DNA of 64,000 nucleotides from Candidatus Omnitrophota bacterium (GTDB lineage: Bacteria > Omnitrophota > Gorgyraeia > Gorgyraeales > Gorgyraeaceae), in assembly GCA_042572045.1 (NCBI GenBank), contig JBHPFI010000001.1, positions 47,818 through 111,817 of the forward strand, given 5' to 3'. The position numbers and the translations under genes are program-made. How positions within the stretch are numbered: the stretch's first letter is position 1; every line of letters starts with the position of its first letter. The notes beneath the pieces are model-generated. The model saw only the letters and a list, made by a program, of their open reading frames with translations. It was not told the DNA's origin and made no database searches. Below are positions 10,180 to 18,047 of this stretch, one piece after another.

Positions 10180-10194
10180 TTTCATTATAAGGTC

Positions 10195-11742
10195 ATGAAA
10201 GGTAAGCCAGCTGAAAATCTAGCTTTATTGTTGGAAAAAAGCGCGGAAAGATTTTCTGATAAAACCGCTCTATTTTTTTCAGATAAAAAAATCAGCTACC
10301 AGGGCCTTTACCGGATGTCTTTAAGGCTTGCTCAGGGGCTCAAGAACCTGGGGCTTAAAAAGAGAGGCAGGGTCGCGGTATTATTACAAAATTCCCCAGA
10401 ATTTATAATCAGTTATTTTGCAGTTATTAATATAGGGGCGATTTGCGTGCCTGTAAATAATATGCTAAAGGAGGAAGAGCTCGGATTTATTTTAAATGAT
10501 TCCGGCGCGGAGCTCATTATAACTTCGATCGCGTTTTTAGATATCATAAATCTGGCTAAGGGAAGACCCCTGGGATTGAAACACACAATCATAACCGACG
10601 GCTTGATGCCGGATAGTTTTAACTTTTACGAAATAATAGAGCGGAGCCTTTTAAAAAAAGAGGGCCTTTTGATAGAGCCGGATGATGTCACATCCATACT
10701 TTATACATCCGGCACGACCGGCAATCCTAAAGGGGCGATGCTCACACATAGAAATTTCCTCTCGAATGTCAGGAGCTGCGCCCCTGCCATAAAGGCCTCG
10801 GATAAAGATAATTTTATTTGCGTTTTACCCATGTTCCACTCTTTTGCGTTTACTGTGTGTATACTTTTACCGCTATCAGTAGGAGCCGCTATCACCATAA
10901 TCGAACACATAAGGCCTTTCAGGAGGGTCGTAAGGAATGTGATAAAGAAAAAGGTGACCGTGTTTGTCGGTATACCTTCGATATTTAATGTGCTTGCCCA
11001 CATGCATATACCGTCTATATTTACCTCAAGAGTCCTCAGGCTCATAGACCCTCTCAGGATATGCATATCAGGGGCAGCCGCATTATCTGTCGAGGTCTTA
11101 AAGGCCTCTGAAGATAAGTTTAGAGTCCCGCTTTTAGAGGGCTATGGATTAACAGAAACTTCCCCCGTAGTATCTTTAAACCCAATACGCGGGGAAAGGA
11201 AGCCGGGCTCAGTCGGCATGGCTATTAAAGGGGTGGATGTAAGGGTGGTGAATGACAAGGGAGAGGATTTGCCGCGCGATAAAACAGGGGAGCTTTTGGT
11301 AAAAGGAAACAATGTAATGAAAGGTTATTTTAATAATGACTCCGCGACAAAGGAGACCATAAAAAATGAATGGCTTCATACCGGCGATATAGCCAGGATC
11401 GACAGGGATGGGTATATCTATATTGTAGATAGAAAAAAGGACATGATCAATGTGCGCGGCCTTAATGTCTACCCTGCGGAGATAGAAAAACTCTTGTTGA
11501 GGCACCCGGGGATCAAAGAAGCCAGCGTGGTGGGCGTAGATGATAGGTTTAAAGGTGAAGTGCCAAAGGCATATATTATTTTAAAGGAAAACGAGGCTTT
11601 AAGCCAAAAAGAAGTGATCGAATATCTAAGAAAACACCTGGCTTTATATAAAATACCTAAATTTGTAGAATTCACGCAAAACTTCCCCAGGACTGCTACA
11701 GGTAAGGTGCTAAAAAGGGCCTTGCGGGAGGGGAGTCGATAA
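10195..11742 (+). CDS. Long-chain-fatty-acid--CoA ligase (ANL adenylating enzyme)
   Basis: YTSGTTGNPKG, EGYGLTE, WLHTGD, DRKKD, PRTATGK. Confidence 0.9.
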   Translation: MKGKPAENLALLLEKSAERFSDKTALFFSDKKISYQGLYRMSLRLAQGLKNLGLKKRGRVAVLLQNSPEFIISYFAVINIGAICVPVNNMLKEEELGFILNDSGAELIITSIAFLDIINLAKGRPLGLKHTIITDGLMPDSFNFYEIIERSLLKKEGLLIEPDDVTSILYTSGTTGNPKGAMLTHRNFLSNVRSCAPAIKASDKDNFICVLPMFHSFAFTVCILLPLSVGAAITIIEHIRPFRRVVRNVIKKKVTVFVGIPSIFNVLAHMHIPSIFTSRVLRLIDPLRICISGAAALSVEVLKASEDKFRVPLLEGYGLTETSPVVSLNPIRGERKPGSVGMAIKGVDVRVVNDKGEDLPRDKTGELLVKGNNVMKGYFNNDSATKETIKNEWLHTGDIARIDRDGYIYIVDRKKDMINVRGLNVYPAEIEKLLLRHPGIKEASVVGVDDRFKGEVPKAYIILKENEALSQKEVIEYLRKHLALYKIPKFVEFTQNFPRTATGKVLKRALREGSR

Positions 11743-11748
11743 GGAGAG

Positions 11749-12075
11749 ATGATGGATAAAATCATAGGTCAGGCCCTTGGATTGATTGATTTAGTGGATT
11801 ATCAGGATGGTTCAGTAGTGAGTAAGCAGGTAATAAAGAAAGATACAGGAACAGTGACGTTGTTTTCTTTTGATCAAGGGCAGGGGCTAAGTGAGCACAC
11901 CGCTCCCTTCGACGCTTTAGTTTATATTTTTGACGGCGAGGCAGAGATTGTTATAGGCGGTAAACCCAATTTGGTGAAGGCAGGCAACATGATTATTATG
12001 CCGGCCAATAAACCGCATTCTTTAAAAGCAACAAAGCGTTTCAAGATGTTTCTTGTAATGATAAAAGAGGGTTAA
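11749..12075 (+). CDS. Cupin domain protein
   Basis: GQGLSEHTAPFDA, IMPANKPHSL. Confidence 0.88.
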   Translation: MMDKIIGQALGLIDLVDYQDGSVVSKQVIKKDTGTVTLFSFDQGQGLSEHTAPFDALVYIFDGEAEIVIGGKPNLVKAGNMIIMPANKPHSLKATKRFKMFLVMIKEG

Positions 12076-12103
12076 TAATTAGTTTAGAGCAGAGGGAGGT
12101 TGT

Positions 12104-12283
12104 ATGGGTCCGGTAGAAGCATTGAAATTAGCGCTATCCCAGGAAAAACAAGCAATAGAGATGTACCGAGATTTTTCTGTAAAATACCCGGCAGCAAAAG
12201 ATACATTTACCTTTCTTGTTGTGGAGGAAGAGAAGCACAAAAACCTGCTTGAAAAGAAAATTTCCGAATTAACTCGATATTAG
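12104..12283 (+). CDS. Small rubrerythrin/ferritin-like protein (59 aa, absent from ORF track)
   Basis: GGGAGG SD; MGPVEALKLALSQEKQAIEMY...EEEKHKNLL has the E-x6-Y and EExxH half-site motifs. Confidence 0.8.
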   Translation: MGPVEALKLALSQEKQAIEMYRDFSVKYPAAKDTFTFLVVEEEKHKNLLEKKISELTRY

Positions 12284-12385
12284 ATTGCCGACCAGTTCCG
12301 GCATATCAGAGGAATCACGGAAACCAGGATTTAAAGATATTTGTGTGTTGAGAGGTGTTAAAATTATTACACACAAGGAGGCATT

Positions 12386-12772
12386 ATGAAAGATGAAAGG
12401 GCGAAGATCGAAGAGGAGTTAGACGATTTAAAGCAAGAGTTCGAAAATTTTAAGGAGGAAAAGGAAAGGATCAGGGCTATAGTCGGCAGGATAGGAGGGG
12501 TGCCAAAATTTAACCCCAAGTTTTTTAATATTCTTTTTATTGTCGCGATTGTGTTCTGTCTGGCCACGTCTCTTGTAAGTAGCGGCACTTTGAGGCTGGC
12601 TATGCTGGAAGTGGCTATCGCTGCCCTGTCCGCAAAGATCATTTATCTTATAGTCAACCAGAATAAAATAACCCATTTTCAATTGTGGATTTTGACGTCT
12701 TTAGAATGGCGGCTTAACGAAATATTGAAGAAGATAAAGACGTTACAGGTAAAATCGAATCCTAATGAATAG
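12386..12772 (+). CDS. Hypothetical 2-TM membrane protein
   Basis: AGGAGG SD; coiled coil, two TMs, HFQLWILTSLEWRLN. Confidence 0.75.
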   Translation: MKDERAKIEEELDDLKQEFENFKEEKERIRAIVGRIGGVPKFNPKFFNILFIVAIVFCLATSLVSSGTLRLAMLEVAIAALSAKIIYLIVNQNKITHFQLWILTSLEWRLNEILKKIKTLQVKSNPNE

Positions 12773-14021
12773 GGCAAAGAGCAACTTTTTAATTTTATCT
12801 TGGGCTTTATATGACCTGGCTAATCAATTTTTTGCTCTAAATGTAGTATCTTTATATTTTCCCCGCTGGCTTACCATCAAGAAAGGATCTCCCGAAATTT
12901 TCTATAGTTTGTCTTTTGGAGTCTCTATGCTTTTTGTCGCTGTTTGCGCGCCTGTTCTCGGGACGGTTTCTGACATGCGGGGTAGGCGTAAAGAGTTTCT
13001 GATTTATTTTACCCTTCTTTCCATCATATGCACTATGGCATTAGGGTTATGTCGCGGCGTCTTTTCGGCTTTGATGTTTTTTGCAATAGCGAATTTTGGC
13101 TGTCAGGGGGCAGTAGTCTTTTACAATGCCCTTATGGTAGATATAGCCCCTCGGGATAGGATTGGTTTTGTTTCAGGATTGGGAAGGATGTTTGGTTATT
13201 GCGGCGCGCTTCTAGCATTGTATCTTACTAAGCCAGTAGTATTGCAGTTCGGCTATCAGTCGACTTTTTTTCTTACAGGAGTTTTATTTTTAATTTTTTC
13301 CCTGCCCTGTATGATTTTCATAAAAGAAAAGCCGTCTAAAGAAACGCCAGCGATGAGCACTTTCTTGAAGAGGCAAGGGTTGAGGGAGGCCTTTAGGAGA
13401 TTAAAAGAGACTATTTTTGACAGTTATAAATTCGGGAAAGTCAGAAATTTCCTAAAGGCAGCTTTTTTTGGGCTATGCGTAGTCAACACGATCATACTTT
13501 TTATGTCTATTTATGCCAGCAAGGTCTTTGGATTAACAGAGGCCCAGATCATAGATCTTATAGCCTTTTCCACTCTTTTTGCTATACTGGGTAGTATCTT
13601 TTCGGGTTTTATAGGTGATATAATAGGTTATAGACGCTCTCTGATAGGGATATTTTTTCTTTGGGCGATCTGCCTTTTGGGAGGGAGCCTTCTTAAGCCT
13701 CCTTTTCATTGGTTGATCGGCGCGGTGGTAGGAGTAAGTTTAGGCTCTACCTGGGTGATTTGCCGAGCGTTACTGGTAAAGCTTGTTCCCCGAGAAAATA
13801 TAGGCGAGTTTTTCGGATTGTTTAACCTGGCGGGTTACGCTGCCGGAATAATCGGACCTGTGTTTTGGGGGTTAGTTCTTTTAGGCCTTTCTCCTTTAGG
13901 AGCAGTTAGATACCGAATAGCTTTTTTGAGTTTGATTTTATTTATAGTAGTTGGCTTTATTTTTCTTTTAAATATGGACAAGGATGCGAAAAGGCAGAAA
14001 TCCTACGCGGGATCTTCATAG
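12765..14021 (+). CDS. MFS transporter, UMF1/ATG22-like
   Basis: SWALYDLAN, ~12 TM, GEFFGLF. Confidence 0.88.
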   Translation: MNRAKSNFLILSWALYDLANQFFALNVVSLYFPRWLTIKKGSPEIFYSLSFGVSMLFVAVCAPVLGTVSDMRGRRKEFLIYFTLLSIICTMALGLCRGVFSALMFFAIANFGCQGAVVFYNALMVDIAPRDRIGFVSGLGRMFGYCGALLALYLTKPVVLQFGYQSTFFLTGVLFLIFSLPCMIFIKEKPSKETPAMSTFLKRQGLREAFRRLKETIFDSYKFGKVRNFLKAAFFGLCVVNTIILFMSIYASKVFGLTEAQIIDLIAFSTLFAILGSIFSGFIGDIIGYRRSLIGIFFLWAICLLGGSLLKPPFHWLIGAVVGVSLGSTWVICRALLVKLVPRENIGEFFGLFNLAGYAAGIIGPVFWGLVLLGLSPLGAVRYRIAFLSLILFIVVGFIFLLNMDKDAKRQKSYAGSS

Positions 14022-14041
14022 GGAGCCCAGAAGGAGTTTTT

Positions 14042-14830
14042 ATGGAAGAGAAAAAGACCATTCTTATAATAGATGACGAAGAAGATATTGTAAAAATGCT
14101 TAAATTGCGGTTTGAGCAAACTTACAATGTATTGACGGCTTATGATGGGGAATCCGGCTTACAAATCGCCAATGAATCAAAACCGCACCTTATCGTATTG
14201 GATATCAATATGCCTAAAATGGACGGCATAGAGTTTTATGGTAGAATATGCGGCCAGGACAAGAAACCGCGCTTTCCAGTTTTGGTTCTAACCGCCCGCG
14301 GAGAATTGAAAGATCTTTTTAAGCAGATGGACGCAGATGGCTTTATGGAGAAGCCGTTCGAAACTGATGAACTCAGCAAAGAGATCGAAATCATAATAGC
14401 CAAAAGGTATGAAGGCGCTGTAAGGCGGAAATCAAAACTCGCAGGCGCTCCCAAGAAGGTTTTGATAGCCGAAGACAACAAAGACACCTTCAATAAACTC
14501 GCCGTTGCGTTTCTGAACGCGGGATACGTAGTAAATTCTTCAAATAGCGGGATGAATGCCGTTGAAAAAGTATTAGCTGACGTGCCGGACTTGCTGGTCA
14601 TTAAACTGGGGTTGTCGGATTTAAGCGGTGACTTAGTGGCTGTTAAACTGAAACAGATGCCAAAGACCATGGATATGGCCGTTGTATTGTATACTCAAGA
14701 AAGCGACAACCTCGATCATTTTGTATCAGAAAAAATATCTAAGCATATAGGCGTAAAAGTAATCCAATCTGATGACCCATATGTGCTTTTAGATGAAGCC
14801 AGGGCTGTTTTGAAAGATAAGCAGGAATAA
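14042..14830 (+). CDS. Tandem receiver-domain response regulator
   Basis: REC1 intact (IIDDE, LDINMPKMDG, KP); REC2 degenerate (phospho-Asp position is K). Confidence 0.85.
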   Translation: MEEKKTILIIDDEEDIVKMLKLRFEQTYNVLTAYDGESGLQIANESKPHLIVLDINMPKMDGIEFYGRICGQDKKPRFPVLVLTARGELKDLFKQMDADGFMEKPFETDELSKEIEIIIAKRYEGAVRRKSKLAGAPKKVLIAEDNKDTFNKLAVAFLNAGYVVNSSNSGMNAVEKVLADVPDLLVIKLGLSDLSGDLVAVKLKQMPKTMDMAVVLYTQESDNLDHFVSEKISKHIGVKVIQSDDPYVLLDEARAVLKDKQE

Positions 14831-14872
14831 GAAAGATAAACCCGCCTCAAAACAAAGAATCGGTTTGGATAG

Positions 14873-15067
14873 ATGTCCGAATATATCTGCCCCAATTGCA
14901 ACAAACCCATTTATGATGATGAGGCCTTACTGTGTCTATACTGCGGAGAAAGCCTAAGGCGTACTATAGGCTTTATGGGCAAGTTAAAGTACTCCACGCC
15001 AAGAATAATATCATCCATTGTTATTATATTGATATTGTTATGCTTTGTTTTATTAATGGTTAAGTAG
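14873..15067 (+). CDS. Zinc-ribbon small membrane protein
   Basis: CPNC...CLYCG plus C-terminal TM. Confidence 0.75.
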   Translation: MSEYICPNCNKPIYDDEALLCLYCGESLRRTIGFMGKLKYSTPRIISSIVIILILLCFVLLMVK

Positions 15068-15083
15068 GGTTGCGGGGATTGAT

Positions 15084-15494
15084 ATGAGATTTAACGTAAG
15101 GATAGACAAAGAGGAGGCCTTAAACCTAAAGATGGCCTCATTGGGAATAAAAGAAACAGACTTGGAAGAGAAATTCATACGCTCGAGCAAGAAGGGCGGA
15201 CAGAAGGTCAACAAGTCTTCCACGTGTGTTTACCTCAAATATAAACCTGCAGGCATAGAGGTCAAGTGCCAGAGAGAACGCTCTCAGGCATTGAACCGGT
15301 TTCTTGCCAGAAGAATCCTTGTCAGTAAAATCGAAGCCCTTATTCTGGGTAAAAGAGCGGCAAAAGAGAAAGAAATAGAAAAGATAAGGCGTCAGAAGCG
15401 AAAGCGCTCTCGTAGGGCTAAAGAAAAGGTCCTCAGGTATAAAAAAATGCGCTCCGAAAAGAAAAAATTGCGTCAATCTCCCTCCCCAGAATGA
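15084..15494 (+). CDS. Peptide chain release factor-like protein (ArfB-like ribosome rescue)
   Basis: GGQKVNK motif, RSQALNR, basic C-terminal tail. Confidence 0.85.
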   Translation: MRFNVRIDKEEALNLKMASLGIKETDLEEKFIRSSKKGGQKVNKSSTCVYLKYKPAGIEVKCQRERSQALNRFLARRILVSKIEALILGKRAAKEKEIEKIRRQKRKRSRRAKEKVLRYKKMRSEKKKLRQSPSPE

Positions 15495-15506
15495 TCAGGG
15501 ATTATC

Positions 15507-16730
15507 ATGGATAAAAAGATCATAAAACCCGAACTTGTATCTCCTGCAGGTGACTGGCCTTCTCTCGTCGCCGCGGTAGAAAATGGCGCGGATAGCGTTT
15601 ATTTTGGAGTAAAAATACTCAACATGAGGAACCTGGCCCCTAACTTTGACATAATGGAATTGCCCAAAATAATGAGATTCTTGCGCGACAACAATAAAAA
15701 AGGTTATTTGGCGCTTAACGTAATAGTCCTGGATAAGGAACTTGCCAAGGTCGAGAGTATCCTTCGTGTCGCGAAAAAAGCCGGCGTAGACGCGGTGATT
15801 TTATGGGATATGGCTGTTTTTTCTATTGCGAGTAAACTCGGCTTGAAGATCCATCTTTCGACACAAGCCAGTGTCTCCAACAAAGAAGCTGTTTTATTTT
15901 TTTCTGAGCTGGGCGCCAAAAGAATCGTGCTTGCCAGGGAATGTTCTTTGGAAGATATAAAAAGAATCACAGATTATATTGCAAAAAGGCGTCTTCGGTG
16001 TGAAATAGAAACATTTATTCACGGGGCGATGTGCGTAAGCATTTCCGGCAGGTGTTTTTTATCCGAATATTCGTTCGGCAAATCGGCAAACAGAGGCCAG
16101 TGTCTGCAGCCATGCCGGAGAGAATATTATATTTCTGATGTAGAAGAAAAGGTTTCTTACCGGTTAGGGAAAGACTATATATTAAGTCCGAAGGATTTAT
16201 GCGCCATTGACTTTCTTGACGATCTCGTTGCTTCAGGCGCGCATGCTTTTAAGATCGAGGGGAGAAAAAAGTCAGCGGAGTATGTAAGGGTAGTGACGTC
16301 TGTTTACCGGAGGGCAATAGACGCTGTTTCAGAGGGCAGCTTGTCTGCATCCTTAAAAAGGGATCTCAAAAAAGAGCTAAAAACGGTTTATAACCGGGGG
16401 TTTTCCGAAGGATTGCTGTTCGGGGATTCTCCAGGTAAAATAAGCAGGGGCATAGAGCATACTCACGAGAAAGTTTTTGTAGGGGAAGTGACAAAGTTTT
16501 TTAAGAAGATAAGCGTTGCCCAAATAAAGATTTTTGACCATCCTTTAAAAGTAGGCGATACTATAATGTTTATAGGCAAAACCACACCCGCCCGACAAAC
16601 CCCCGTTACCCAGATCCAGTATCAGCATAAACCTCGAAAAAGAGCTCTTAGAGGCGAACAGGTCGGCGTAAAGCTGCCTTTTCTTGTAAGGTTAAATGAT
16701 AAAGTATTTTTATGGCGGAAGAAAGAATAA
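15507..16730 (+). CDS. Peptidase U32 family protein (tRNA/rRNA hydroxylation type)
   Basis: ELVSPAG, HLSTQ, HGAMCVSISGRC, NRGQCLQPCR, KIEGR. Confidence 0.9.
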   Translation: MDKKIIKPELVSPAGDWPSLVAAVENGADSVYFGVKILNMRNLAPNFDIMELPKIMRFLRDNNKKGYLALNVIVLDKELAKVESILRVAKKAGVDAVILWDMAVFSIASKLGLKIHLSTQASVSNKEAVLFFSELGAKRIVLARECSLEDIKRITDYIAKRRLRCEIETFIHGAMCVSISGRCFLSEYSFGKSANRGQCLQPCRREYYISDVEEKVSYRLGKDYILSPKDLCAIDFLDDLVASGAHAFKIEGRKKSAEYVRVVTSVYRRAIDAVSEGSLSASLKRDLKKELKTVYNRGFSEGLLFGDSPGKISRGIEHTHEKVFVGEVTKFFKKISVAQIKIFDHPLKVGDTIMFIGKTTPARQTPVTQIQYQHKPRKRALRGEQVGVKLPFLVRLNDKVFLWRKKE

Positions 16731-17677
16731 CCCTTCTCCTCAAGCATAAGACACTCCTTTCTCCTATGGCAGGGGTCAGTTCTTTTCCTTTCAGGATGCT
16801 CAACCGCGGGTTCGGATGCAGGTTTTGTTTTCTTGAGATGATAAACTGCCGCACCTTGAGCTATTCAAACAGAAAAACCCAGGAAATGATGAGGACGTCC
16901 GAAAAAGACAGGCCTTTAGGGGTCCAAATCCTAGGGAGGAAAGAGCAATTTATTTTAAGAGCTGTCGAAAAGCTTCAGGATTACAGGATGGACATACTTG
17001 ATTTCAACGCGGCGTGTCCTCAGAAAAAAATTACCGGCAGAGGGGAAGGCGCGGCATTGCTTAAAACGCCTAAAACGTTAAACAGTTTATTGAAACTGAT
17101 AGTTAAAAATTCAAATTGCCCTGTTACTGTAAAGATCCGTCTTGGGTGGAATGATTTTTCCCACGCCAGGGATATTGCCCTATACGCCCAGGATGCGGGG
17201 ATAGGCGCTTTATTTATCCATGGCAGGACAAGGGAGCAAGGCTACAGCGGTAAGGTCAACTATGAAGCAATAACAGCGGTAAAGAAATCCCTTGATATTC
17301 CTGTCATAGCGAGCGGGGACATTTTAAATGCTGAATCAGCCAGGAAAATGATAGATGAGACAGGTTGCGATGCTGTAACAGTAGCCCGCGGCGCGCTAGG
17401 CAATCCGTGGATATTTAAAGAAATAGAAGAATTTTTAAGAACCGGCAGGATATTAAAAAGGCCTGCCATAAAAGAAATAGCAAAAACTATGAAGCTTCAT
17501 TTTGAGCTGTGCTTGGATTTTTACGGGGAGAAGAGAGGAGTTGTGAATTTTAGAAAATTCTTTATATGGTACACGCGTCACTTTAGAGGGGTAAAGCCTT
17601 TAAGGACTAAAGTGGCGCGCATAAACACCAAGGAAGAGACATCAAGGCTTATAAACGATTTTTATATTAACTCCTGA
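16712..17677 (+). CDS. dusB: tRNA-dihydrouridine synthase
   Basis: SPMAGV, NAACP, VTVKIRLG, HGRT, ARGALGNPWIF. Confidence 0.88.
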   Translation: MAEERITLLLKHKTLLSPMAGVSSFPFRMLNRGFGCRFCFLEMINCRTLSYSNRKTQEMMRTSEKDRPLGVQILGRKEQFILRAVEKLQDYRMDILDFNAACPQKKITGRGEGAALLKTPKTLNSLLKLIVKNSNCPVTVKIRLGWNDFSHARDIALYAQDAGIGALFIHGRTREQGYSGKVNYEAITAVKKSLDIPVIASGDILNAESARKMIDETGCDAVTVARGALGNPWIFKEIEEFLRTGRILKRPAIKEIAKTMKLHFELCLDFYGEKRGVVNFRKFFIWYTRHFRGVKPLRTKVARINTKEETSRLINDFYINS

Positions 17678-17789
17678 GCGCAATAATAAGTTTTCTAACA
17701 TGATCTCTGTGTCCCGCGGCAGAAGATATAGCAGGTTAGAAACGCGGGTTTTTGGCGTAAAAGGCGCCAAAATAGCGCCAGAGGTTTAT

Positions 17790-17818
17790 TTGAAAGATAG
17801 CGTTTTCCATGGTATACT
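17790..17818 (+). promoter_or_regulatory. Sigma70-type promoter of giant gene 1
   Basis: TTGAAA-17-TATACT with extended TG; near-identical at 38416 and 59344. Confidence 0.75.
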
Positions 17819-17831
17819 ATATATAAGATAT

Positions 17832-18047
17832 ATAGCAGCAAGATTCAAGGCATAGCGTATGTACTTTATATGATTAACCAGGCCAGTAATAAGGGCTATT
17901 TTTTTGCCTATATTAAGTTAAACTTTAAAAAACTCTTATATATAGCAGAAAGATAGAAGACATAGCGTATATGCTGTATTGGACTAACTAAGTTGCCGAG
18001 AAAGGCTATTTTTTTGCCTACATTATGATAAACTTTAAAAAACTCTT
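17832..18047 (+). repeat. Tandemly duplicated ~108-bp leader/start unit of the giant-gene family
   Basis: Two units TATAGCAG...GGCTATTTTTTTGCCTAYATTA(A/T)G(T/A)TAAACTTTAAAAAACTCTT; the first has AAG instead of ATG. Confidence 0.85.
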
